The notes under the pieces are model-generated. The model was given only the letters and a program-made list of their open reading frames with translations, was not told where the DNA came from and made no database searches. A stretch of 24,000 bases of DNA from an uncultured Clostridia bacterium. Lineage in GTDB: Bacteria; Bacillota; Clostridia; Oscillospirales; Ruminococcaceae. The stretch spans positions 6,216 through 30,215 of the forward strand of contig CANRLN010000006.1 in assembly GCA_947631445.1 (NCBI GenBank), in the 5' to 3' direction. Positions 6,671 to 14,463 of the stretch are shown in pieces. Position 1 is the stretch's first letter. Each line of letters opens with the position of its first letter. Made by a program: the position numbers and the translations under genes.

Positions 6671-9334
6671 TTATTTGTTAATTCGTCCAACGATAATTCC
6701 CGTTCCAACACTGCTCATATAAATTGTGCCAAATTCGTTCATGTCGCCAACAATAAAGTTAGCATTGCCAGTACCACCATAAAGCTTGTGAAGATTTATT
6801 GCAACCCAAGTTTTTCCGCCGTCTGTTGAACGATAAATACCCTCTGAGTCACTTTCGGTCGGTTTGCCGTAAATATAAAGTGCATTTATATCTCCTGTCT
6901 TTTCGCCACAACCATAGCCGACCGTCTTGCAGTAGAACACATTCATCTTTTCGACCGTCTTTCCGCCGTCTGTTATATTGTACATTCCATTCCAACCTGC
7001 TCCAACAACCAGATTATCCTTGCCAAGATATGCAATTCTGCCCGATTGGTCGCACTGGTCGTATGCACAAATATCCTGACCAGTAAAGGTCTTTCCACCG
7101 TCAGTACTTATATAAAAACTATAATGTGCGTCCTCAAAGGTTGGCTCTTTCTTGTTGGGGTCATAATACCAATATTCATTGTATTGTAAACCATAACCAT
7201 ATATAATATTAGGGTCGGTTGGCTCAACAAGCAGGTAGGTTGTTTTTGTTCCCTTTATGCCGTCAGAAGTGTTCCAGGTTTTTCCGAAATCATCACTATA
7301 ATAAACCTGTGACGAATCCGAGCATCTAAAAAATCTATATTTATCTTCGCCAATTTTGGTTATAGCAGATTTTCCTGCCTCACACTTGCAATCCATTTCA
7401 ATCCAGTTTTCTCCGCCATCAAGAGTGTAATAACCTTTGGTTGATTTGTCAGCGGTTCTCATCATAACTTTTGGGTTTTGTGGGCAATAGGAAATAGAGG
7501 TGCAAGAACCCATATTAGGTTTATGCTGTATTCCCCAACTGTCGTGGTCTTTATGCACAAATCCATCATAATCGCCAATTGCTGAATAGTTAAATCCATT
7601 TGGAATACTTATAAAGTCTAATGCTACAACCTCCTCTATTCCGTCTGGGTGGAACACTGCCTTTGGCGAATCCGAGAAAATTCCGTCCCACCTAAACACA
7701 CCATTTCCAGAGGTCACCCAACCTTGAGTTGGGTCGTTTGGATTAAGCACAAGCGAACCTGACCAGTGAATAGCCTTGCCATAAACCCACTCTTTTCCGC
7801 CGTCGTCAAGAAAATCATAAAGCTGTTCGGGTTCTCCTGTTCCTGTTTCGGGATTCCAGATATATTCACCAGTTTTTCCGGGATAAACACTTTCCCATGT
7901 TTTGCCACCGTCTGTTGAACGGTAAAGCCATTCGCCATAAGCAACATTTTCACCCGTTTTGTCCCAATTCTGGGTACTCCAAACTCCACAGGTGGTTGCA
8001 ACCAGTTTATTTGGGTCTTTGGGGTCGGTAATGCAACTTCCAAAACCGTTGTTTACTGGTGAAATATCCGTAACAGTATTGTCTTTGGTATCAACCTTAA
8101 ATATTCCGCCCGCTGTGCCGTCAAAAGCCATTCCGCCGACATAGCAAATATACAAATTATTATCACTGCCCACATTTATTCTTGACGGGAAAACATTTGT
8201 AGGAAGTTTTTCGCTAAGAACCTTAAAATCATCACTGCCAACATCTGCAACATGAACATTTGCCTTGCCGTTTATACTGGTTGCAACATAAACTTTACCA
8301 TTTAAAATCTGAATACTTGCAACCCCGTTTGCTCCCTTGTCGTAAGCTTCGGCGGTAGTTTTTGCCTTGTGCTGTGTCCATGTCGGCCAGTTTATTTCAT
8401 ATTCAAAAAGACCAAGTTTGCCATAACCGCCGACCGATTTCCAAGTTTCTCCGCCGTCCTCGCTCATAATAAGTCCGCTATCTCCTGCAGTTGCGTCCCC
8501 TCCGCAGTAGATAATATTCGGGTTGTTGGGGTCAACGGCTATTGCCTCTCCGCATTGTCTACCGTTACCGTTACCATGAACCTGAATTAAATCGGTTACA
8601 TCGTGACGCTCCCATGTTGTTCCACCATCAGTAGATTTAAATATTGCGGTTTTTGCATCGGTAAAATAAGCACAACCGCAAAGCATATAAACTATATTGT
8701 CATTTGTGGGGTCAACACACATAGCATCAACGCTTAAATATCCTCGTTCGCTTTCGTTCAAATCGGCAAGCAACTGTTCCCAGCGTGAAGTTTTAAAATT
8801 AAATTTATATGCTCCGCCAACATCGGTGCGGGCAAACATAACCTCTTTTCCGGTTACAATTCCGCTTACAAAACCTCCACCGCCGATATTTACCGTATCC
8901 CATGTCATATTTACCGTTGAAACATCTGGAGTGCTTGAACTATCGCTTGAACTATCTTTAATGCTTGAACTATCGCTTGAACTATCTTTGATACTTGAAC
9001 TATCGCTTGAACTGTCTTTAATACTTGAACTATCGCTTGAACCGTCTGAAATAGTTTCGGTCAAATTTTCAAGCCCAACAATATGCTTAAGTATTTTAAG
9101 GGCATCAAGAGTATTTACATTTCCATTTTTGTCAACATCGGCAAGCTTGATTTCAAATTCAGAAAATTCAGTTATACCAACAACATTTTTAAGCACCTCA
9201 AGAGCGTCCGCCGAGGTTATAACACCGTCCTTGTCCACATCTCCAAGCTTAAATTCTGCCGCACTTGACTGAATAAACCCTGCCGAACAAAGAATAGACA
9301 ATGCCGACATTCCCGCAATAATTTTTTTTATCAT
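6671..9334 (-). CDS. Secreted dockerin-containing GH74-family glycoside hydrolase (xyloglucanase-like, double beta-propeller with BNR/Asp-box repeats)
   Basis: The track ORF starts at a TTG (9343). I prefer the ATG at 9334, with AAGGAG 9 nt upstream. Order of elements: signal peptide (MIKKIIAGMSALSILCSAGFIQSSAA); two dockerin Ca-binding repeats (GDVDKDGVITSADALEVLK / ADVDKNGNVNTLDALKILK); Ser-rich linker; catalytic region starting WDTVNIGGGGFVSGIV...FARTDVGGAYKF..., the GH74 N-terminal signature as I remember it from Clostridium thermocellum Xgh74A. At least 7 SxDxGxTW-type repeats follow (STDGGTTW, SEDGGETW, STDGGKTW, LDGGENW, SDDFGKTW, STDGGKTF, STDGGKTW). Confidence 0.85.
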   Translation of the reverse strand: MIKKIIAGMSALSILCSAGFIQSSAAEFKLGDVDKDGVITSADALEVLKNVVGITEFSEFEIKLADVDKNGNVNTLDALKILKHIVGLENLTETISDGSSDSSSIKDSSSDSSSIKDSSSDSSSIKDSSSDSSSTPDVSTVNMTWDTVNIGGGGFVSGIVTGKEVMFARTDVGGAYKFNFKTSRWEQLLADLNESERGYLSVDAMCVDPTNDNIVYMLCGCAYFTDAKTAIFKSTDGGTTWERHDVTDLIQVHGNGNGRQCGEAIAVDPNNPNIIYCGGDATAGDSGLIMSEDGGETWKSVGGYGKLGLFEYEINWPTWTQHKAKTTAEAYDKGANGVASIQILNGKVYVATSINGKANVHVADVGSDDFKVLSEKLPTNVFPSRINVGSDNNLYICYVGGMAFDGTAGGIFKVDTKDNTVTDISPVNNGFGSCITDPKDPNKLVATTCGVWSTQNWDKTGENVAYGEWLYRSTDGGKTWESVYPGKTGEYIWNPETGTGEPEQLYDFLDDGGKEWVYGKAIHWSGSLVLNPNDPTQGWVTSGNGVFRWDGIFSDSPKAVFHPDGIEEVVALDFISIPNGFNYSAIGDYDGFVHKDHDSWGIQHKPNMGSCTSISYCPQNPKVMMRTADKSTKGYYTLDGGENWIEMDCKCEAGKSAITKIGEDKYRFFRCSDSSQVYYSDDFGKTWNTSDGIKGTKTTYLLVEPTDPNIIYGYGLQYNEYWYYDPNKKEPTFEDAHYSFYISTDGGKTFTGQDICAYDQCDQSGRIAYLGKDNLVVGAGWNGMYNITDGGKTVEKMNVFYCKTVGYGCGEKTGDINALYIYGKPTESDSEGIYRSTDGGKTWVAINLHKLYGGTGNANFIVGDMNEFGTIYMSSVGTGIIVGRINK
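8931..9052 (-). repeat. 30-bp in-frame tandem repeat (~4 copies) encoding the Ser-rich linker (DSSSDSSSIK)n of the GH74 protein
   Basis: Near-identical units gcttgaactatcgcttgaactatctttaat start at 8933, 8963, 8993 and 9023. The protein reads SSDSSSIKDSSSDSSSIKDSSSDSSSIKDSSSDSSSTPD. Confidence 0.9.
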
Positions 9335-9424
9335 AATACACAACTCCTTTTGTTAATTTAAATTTTCCTTTTAGAAAACGTTTACAATATTCTGCTGAAA
9401 ATCATTTATTATTTTGTTACACTT

Positions 9425-9453
9425 ATTATAACACTTATAATATAAAAAGTCAA
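9425..9453 (-). promoter_or_regulatory. Sigma-A type promoter (extended -10) for the GH74 gene
   Basis: Minus strand reads TTGACT (9453-9448), 17-nt spacer ending in TGT, then TATAAT (9430-9425). The leader to the ATG at 9334 is ~85 nt. Confidence 0.65.
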
Positions 9454-9502
9454 TACTAAATCAAAATTTTGTTAAAAATTTCTTTTTAATTTTCCATAAA
9501 TA

Positions 9503-9535
9503 GAAAAAAAGAGGGAACGGCTAAAACCGTTCCCC
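9503..9535 (-). terminator. Rho-independent terminator ending the long minus-strand gene cluster (after the yfhO-like gene)
   Basis: Immediately after the stop, the minus strand reads aGGGGAACGGttttaGCCGTTCCCTctttttttc: a GC-rich 9-10 bp stem followed by a 7-T run. Confidence 0.85.
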
Positions 9536-9541
9536 TGAAAA

Positions 9542-12500
9542 TTATTTTCTTTTACGTTTTTTTCGCCTATTGTTTGTGTTTTTTCGCTCCACAATATCAT
9601 TTACAGTTGGTTCAGACATACCGCCTTCCAACCATTTTTCTCCACCGTCTACGGCACCATCAAATTCGGGCGGTTTAAGATTAACCTGTTCTTCCTGTTC
9701 CGTCTTTATTGGAATATCCACAATCTTTAAAGTTGAATTTAAGGTTGCATTTTTTTCTTGCTCCTGCTTTTTACCCTCAAGCGGAATATCTATGCTTTTA
9801 GGCTTTTCCTGCTTTTTATCCTCAAGCGGAATATCTATGCTTTTAGGTTTTTCCTGCTTTTTACCCTCAAGTGGAATATCTATGCTTTTAGGCTTTTCCT
9901 GCTTTTTATCCTCAAGCGAAATATCTATAGTTTTTGGCTTTTCCTGCTTTTTATCCTCAAGCGGAATATCTATAGTTTTTGGCTTTTCCTGCTTTTGCTC
10001 CCCAAGCGGAATATCTATAGTTTTTGGTTCTTCTTGTTTATCTTTATTTATAGGAGAGTCGGCAAAGTTAAGCAAACCCGAACTGCCCACAGAAACCTTA
10101 CTTACCATATTATCACTTATATAAACTTCGCCGTCTGGAGTTGGTTCACTGAGCTTTTTACCCATAGGATACTTTTGGAAAAATTCCTCATCTTCAGTTT
10201 GTTTATTTTTATCTTTGATTTTATTTTTTATCTCTGAAAATTTTACTGCCATGATTGCTATAACTTTGCCGTTTTTAAATTCCAGCAGGAAGATAAAAAT
10301 CATAAGCAAAAAGCCGACAACACTTAAAATGATTCCAACAACATAGTAGGTTGGCAAAAACCTCATAGAAACAGTATGCTCACCCTTTTCCAGTGGCACA
10401 CAAATCATGCTGTCATAGGCTTTAAGTGGTTTTACTTTTTCTCCGTCTACTTTTATATGCCAACCGTCCTCATATGGAATTGTTGTAAAAAGCACCTGAC
10501 CATCGTTGTTTGATTTAACCGTACCTTCAACATAGGTATCCTTAAATTCGGTTATATTCCAATTATTATGTTTAAGAACCTCATCTGCCCTTTCAAAAGA
10601 AGCCTTATCAAAACTATAAAAAAGCGGTTCTAACCAATACGCTGCCTTTTCTTCGTCCTCAAGCTTAACCCTTATTCTTACAACCTCGTCCCTTTCAAAT
10701 TCACCAAGGTTTAAAATAGAATAGTAATCATCGGTTGGGGCAAAGTACGCTCCGACAATTTGCATTGGCTCGTTGCCTTTCTGATATTCAATTTCTGGCT
10801 GAATTAAAATACTGCACTGCCTTTTATACAGTGTTGGCAGATAGAAATACAAATCAGAGGTTCTGTTCATCTTTACTATATAATCAACATAACTTTCAAG
10901 ATTGCTTTCATCTTCGGCATAATATTTTGTATAGCCGTCTACCGTTTTCACGGTTGCACAGTTTTCATATTCGGTGCTTTGTGGCTCAAGATGATTAAAA
11001 AATGCCACCTTTTCTCCACTTAGACCGCCGAATATAAGATTTTGATTATAAAAAGGGTCGACATCAGAAATAACGTCTTGAGTTATTCTGCCGTCTGCCA
11101 CAACCCCAAGTCCCATGGCATACGGATTTTTATAAAATTTATAGGAAATATCATCGCCGTTTATACTTCCAGCAAGTTCATATTTGCCCACATTGGTTGG
11201 GCGAACATTTTTATTATACTTGTACTGTTCAGATTGCTGTTCAAGAACATATTTTATATCAAAAATTGCATCGGTTATAAGGGTTTCGCCCTCATATTTG
11301 GTATAGTTTCCTCCAAACGCAAAACCAAGGTTATAAAGCAATGTAAGGGCGGGAGCGTTCATTGTAGAACTGGAATGAGAAATTCCCTTGTAACCCGCTG
11401 AAATTGGGTCGCATACGGTTCGGTGAAATCCCGCTTCCATTCGATAAAATTTAGAGTTATCATAATCCTTAATCATATCCACCGCTGTTTTTAGACTTTG
11501 AGAATAGGGTTGCATGGATTCATAGGTTGAATAGGATAACTGCTTGTCATTCTGTTGGAGGCAGGAAAAAGCATTGACCGCTAATTCAACAGCAATCACA
11601 ATACAAAGAACAATTGAACCCATCTGCTTTACAACAAAATCGGGGATTTTCCAGATTGCTTTTGGTTTATAATTTTTTACCGACTGCTTTTTTAAAACAT
11701 GAATAAGCACACAATAAATTATTGCAAGTATCATGCTTAGCCATATTCCGCCAATCTGGGAATGTTTTACATTATCTTTATCCGCCTCTGTTACATACGG
11801 AACAAAATAATCAAACTCTTGATATTCGCACCACATCAAATAAGCAAATATAACTGCTGTTGTAATTTTAACCTTTGAAAGCTCTACACCGTCAATGTTT
11901 TCAAGGGCAATAAACGCCATTACAAGCAACAAGAAAGACAGTATAAAAGAATATCTAAACGGTAGCCAATTGGGCATTTGAAAACCATGCCATACCATAT
12001 CCACGGGACGAATATACATGGATAAAAATAAAACGCCACACAAGAAAGCAAATCCTATTTTTTGTTTTTTGTTTATTTTCTTGTTTAAAAAATACAGTGG
12101 CACAAGCATAAGTGCAAACAATCCACAATATACCATTGGCAAGCCTTCAGGGCGAACGGTATCGTAAGACATCGGGAAAAGCTTTGTCAAAAAGCTAAGA
12201 AAGTCAAATTGTGTTTCAAGGCTATAATCTGGTTTGGAAAACTCAAACTTGCCCAGTTTAAGCGAATTATACACAGGAATAAGCACAAAACAAGCCGACA
12301 AAAGCGAAATTATTCCGCTTGCTACAAATTTTATAATGCAATCTTTAAGTGGCTTTTTTCTTGAAACAAAAAGCGAGCAGACAAAAAATATAACACTGAA
12401 TATTCCCACCATATAGCCTATATAAAAATGAGATATAAACATAAACCCAAGCGAGATTATAAAAAGCGAGGTTTTGCCGTTAGTGACAAGGCTGTGCAGT

Positions 12501-13114
12501 CCCCAGACAATAAGAGGCAGTAAAATAAGACCGTCCAGCCACATAGGGTCCATAAGCTGAACAACCATAAACGACATAAGCGAATACATCATTGAAAAGG
12601 CGAGCAGTTTAAGCTTTCCAGCCTTTGGAGAAATTTTTCTAAGCAGATAGGTGAATGTTACCGCCGCTGAACCTATTTTGAAAAGCTGCATTGCCATAAC
12701 CGCTCCGCATATCGCCGAACGTGGCATAAGACAGATGATAAACATAAAAGGCGAAGCAAGATAGTAGGCATACACCCCAAACATTTCTCCCGAAAGGTTT
12801 CGTGACCAGTCATAAATCAAACTTCCGTCACCATGAAACCAATCCCACATTGCTTGATAGTAGGAAACATATTGACCGTTCAAATCAAGCACCAGCACAG
12901 ATTTTTCACCAAATGGGTGTATTCCGAAATAAGCATATACAATAAACATAAGAATAGTTGGTGCAAGGAAAATATATAGATAAAAAAGCCTTTTGTAGAT
13001 AAAATCGGTAAACCTTGCATATTTTTGACTATATAAAACTCCGCTTATCCTATTTATAAAATTATCCATAAAATTATTAAAACCGTTTTTTGTCTTAGCT
13101 GTCGTTTGCTTCAT
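9542..13114 (-). CDS. yfhO: YfhO-family polytopic membrane glycosyltransferase (GT-C-like) with an atypical 244-aa repeat-containing C-terminal tail
   Basis: The track ORF begins at a TTG (13138). I prefer the ATG at 13114 (MKQTTAKT...), with AAGGAG 9 nt upstream. There are many TM helices over the first ~450 aa, then a large soluble domain, then a final TM (YYVVGIILSVVGFLLMIFIFLLEF). This is the standard YfhO architecture, and the gene sits directly downstream of a CsbB-like GT2, as in the B. subtilis csbB-yfhO pair. The family call rests on architecture and context, not on a search. Confidence 0.8.
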   Translation of the reverse strand: MKQTTAKTKNGFNNFMDNFINRISGVLYSQKYARFTDFIYKRLFYLYIFLAPTILMFIVYAYFGIHPFGEKSVLVLDLNGQYVSYYQAMWDWFHGDGSLIYDWSRNLSGEMFGVYAYYLASPFMFIICLMPRSAICGAVMAMQLFKIGSAAVTFTYLLRKISPKAGKLKLLAFSMMYSLMSFMVVQLMDPMWLDGLILLPLIVWGLHSLVTNGKTSLFIISLGFMFISHFYIGYMVGIFSVIFFVCSLFVSRKKPLKDCIIKFVASGIISLLSACFVLIPVYNSLKLGKFEFSKPDYSLETQFDFLSFLTKLFPMSYDTVRPEGLPMVYCGLFALMLVPLYFLNKKINKKQKIGFAFLCGVLFLSMYIRPVDMVWHGFQMPNWLPFRYSFILSFLLLVMAFIALENIDGVELSKVKITTAVIFAYLMWCEYQEFDYFVPYVTEADKDNVKHSQIGGIWLSMILAIIYCVLIHVLKKQSVKNYKPKAIWKIPDFVVKQMGSIVLCIVIAVELAVNAFSCLQQNDKQLSYSTYESMQPYSQSLKTAVDMIKDYDNSKFYRMEAGFHRTVCDPISAGYKGISHSSSTMNAPALTLLYNLGFAFGGNYTKYEGETLITDAIFDIKYVLEQQSEQYKYNKNVRPTNVGKYELAGSINGDDISYKFYKNPYAMGLGVVADGRITQDVISDVDPFYNQNLIFGGLSGEKVAFFNHLEPQSTEYENCATVKTVDGYTKYYAEDESNLESYVDYIVKMNRTSDLYFYLPTLYKRQCSILIQPEIEYQKGNEPMQIVGAYFAPTDDYYSILNLGEFERDEVVRIRVKLEDEEKAAYWLEPLFYSFDKASFERADEVLKHNNWNITEFKDTYVEGTVKSNNDGQVLFTTIPYEDGWHIKVDGEKVKPLKAYDSMICVPLEKGEHTVSMRFLPTYYVVGIILSVVGFLLMIFIFLLEFKNGKVIAIMAVKFSEIKNKIKDKNKQTEDEEFFQKYPMGKKLSEPTPDGEVYISDNMVSKVSVGSSGLLNFADSPINKDKQEEPKTIDIPLGEQKQEKPKTIDIPLEDKKQEKPKTIDISLEDKKQEKPKSIDIPLEGKKQEKPKSIDIPLEDKKQEKPKSIDIPLEGKKQEQEKNATLNSTLKIVDIPIKTEQEEQVNLKPPEFDGAVDGGEKWLEGGMSEPTVNDIVERKNTNNRRKKRKRK
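9764..10033 (-). repeat. 45-bp in-frame tandem repeat, 6 copies, encoding (EKPK[ST]IDIPLE[DG]KKQ)n in the YfhO tail
   Basis: Units start at 9764, 9809, 9854, 9899, 9944 and 9989 (exact 45-bp period). Two sequence subtypes occur in blocks of three (…atgcttttagg… versus …atagtttttgg…). A seventh degenerate copy follows (KIVDIPIKTEQ). Confidence 0.95.
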
Positions 13115-13138
13115 CAAATTTTTTCTCCTTTCACACAA

Positions 13139-14068
13139 TTAATCTTGTTTATTATTGCTTTTTACAACCTCATTTATAATATATCGGGGTCTGCCCTTTA
13201 CCTCCTCGTATATTTTAGCAAGATAATGCCCAATAATTCCAAGACTGAACATTATTCCGCTACCGATTATAAGTATTAGAAATATAACAGTGGAAAAGCC
13301 TACAAAAGCATTATGTGTAACCCAATTTATATAGGTATCCACCCCCATAATAATTGAAAATATAAAGGTAACAAGCGACATAACCGTTACTATATGGAGC
13401 GGAACGCTTGTAAAAGATGTAACCGAATTTATGGCAAATTTCGCAAGACTTTTAAAAGAAAATTTAGATTTCCCCGCTTTACGCTCTTTAACCTCAAAAT
13501 AAATTTTTTCACTGCGAAAACCAACCCATTGAGAAAGTCCCCTAAAAAACGTTAGTTTTTCGGGCATTTGATTTAATGCGTCCACAACCGCTCTGTCCAC
13601 AAGCTTGAAATCGCTTGAGTTGTAAAGTTGCATATCCGACATTTTAGCAAGCGAATCATAAAAAAGCTTTACCATAACATTATGTGCCTTGCTCTCCTGC
13701 CCTCTGTCAGATTTTACACCGTCCACAATCTGAACGCCGTCCTGCCAAAGCCTGTACATTTCAACAAGAGTTTCAATAGGGTGTTGAAAATCGCTGTCCA
13801 TAACGGCGACACAATCACCTTTGGCAATTTCAAGTCCGGCAAATATTGCACCCTCTTTTCCAAAATTTCTACTAAGATTTACCGCCGTTATATTAAGCGA
13901 AGACGATGCAAGCCTTTGCATTATATTCCAACTGTTGTCAGAAGAACCGTCATTAACAAACACAATTTCATGGTCAATTCCCGCTGTGCTTAAAGTTTTA
14001 TTCAGTTCAAAGGCAAAATTTGAAATATTATCCTGCTCATTATAGCAAGGAACAACCACCGAAAGCAT
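13139..14068 (-). CDS. csbB: Family 2 glycosyltransferase, polyprenol-phosphate sugar synthase type (CsbB/GtrB-like) with two C-terminal TM helices
   Basis: 309 aa. N-terminal LSVVVPCYNEQDNI, the VNDGSSD, DSDFQHP (DxD region) and two C-terminal hydrophobic helices are typical of bactoprenol-phosphate glycosyltransferases. AGGTGGTGG RBS. The stop abuts the yfhO-like ORF. Confidence 0.88.
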   Translation of the reverse strand: MLSVVVPCYNEQDNISNFAFELNKTLSTAGIDHEIVFVNDGSSDNSWNIMQRLASSSLNITAVNLSRNFGKEGAIFAGLEIAKGDCVAVMDSDFQHPIETLVEMYRLWQDGVQIVDGVKSDRGQESKAHNVMVKLFYDSLAKMSDMQLYNSSDFKLVDRAVVDALNQMPEKLTFFRGLSQWVGFRSEKIYFEVKERKAGKSKFSFKSLAKFAINSVTSFTSVPLHIVTVMSLVTFIFSIIMGVDTYINWVTHNAFVGFSTVIFLILIIGSGIMFSLGIIGHYLAKIYEEVKGRPRYIINEVVKSNNKQD

Positions 14069-14089
14069 TATTCCACCACCTTTACAATT

Positions 14090-14458
14090 TTATTTAAATT
14101 TCTTAAGCCTGCCACTATAAAGCCTTCTATCAATTTTGGACTGAGTTATATTATAGATTGATGCGACATAGTAATACTGCCCTACACTATCCAGTTTAAC
14201 CGCAACCATAACATTTTCGCCCATATGCTTTATAAGCTCTATGCTGTTTGGTTCTTTTGGGTTTTCGCCTATATAATCGGGGTTGGCTATGATTTTATCC
14301 AGCTTGTCTATAAACTTAAGGCAATGAGGGTGACGCTTTTGTACATGGGCATAAAGACCGTTGGAATGACATATATCAAGCAGAGGCATATTAGTGCCAA
14401 GTATTTTGTTGAAATTTTGTTTAAATTCTCCGTCCTTTGTCAGAATATGTTTTGACAT
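14090..14458 (-). CDS. Small hypothetical protein (122 aa); tentative resemblance to phage/plasmid PBECR-type (Barnase-EndoU-ColicinE5/D-RelE-like) nuclease-fold domains
   Basis: Track ORF is 14090..14506. I prefer the ATG at 14458 (MSKHILTKDG...), with GGGTGG ~8 nt upstream and only 5 nt after the flavoprotein stop. Motifs LYAHVQKRHP, NPDYIGENPKEPNSIELIK, VAVKLD...YYVASIYNI, RRLYSGRLKKF resemble, from memory only, a family of small Firmicutes phage/plasmid proteins. No TM or signal peptide. Confidence 0.55.
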   Translation of the reverse strand: MSKHILTKDGEFKQNFNKILGTNMPLLDICHSNGLYAHVQKRHPHCLKFIDKLDKIIANPDYIGENPKEPNSIELIKHMGENVMVAVKLDSVGQYYYVASIYNITQSKIDRRLYSGRLKKFK

Positions 14459-14463
14459 AGCGT

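Noticed and set aside
8697-9272. 191-aa plus-strand ORF with repeats (…LELSLELSLMLELSLE…).
   Set aside because: It is antisense to the Ser-rich 30-bp-repeat linker and dockerin of the GH74 gene. The minus-strand frame carries clear dockerin and GH74 motifs, so this ORF is a repeat artefact.
9764-10033. Regular 45-bp repeats (and the 30-bp repeats at 8931-9052) considered as a possible CRISPR array.
   Set aside because: The units are directly contiguous with no unique spacers. They are in frame within long ORFs with coherent peptide repeats, and no cas genes are nearby.
9570-10237. Two long plus-strand ORFs (184 aa and 159 aa) with striking repetitive translations (…LLFILKRNIYAF…, …GISMLLGFSCFL…).
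   Set aside because: They are antisense and frame-shifted readings of the 45-bp tandem repeat inside the YfhO tail. They have no RBS, and their hydrophobic low-complexity translations mirror the minus-strand coding repeat.
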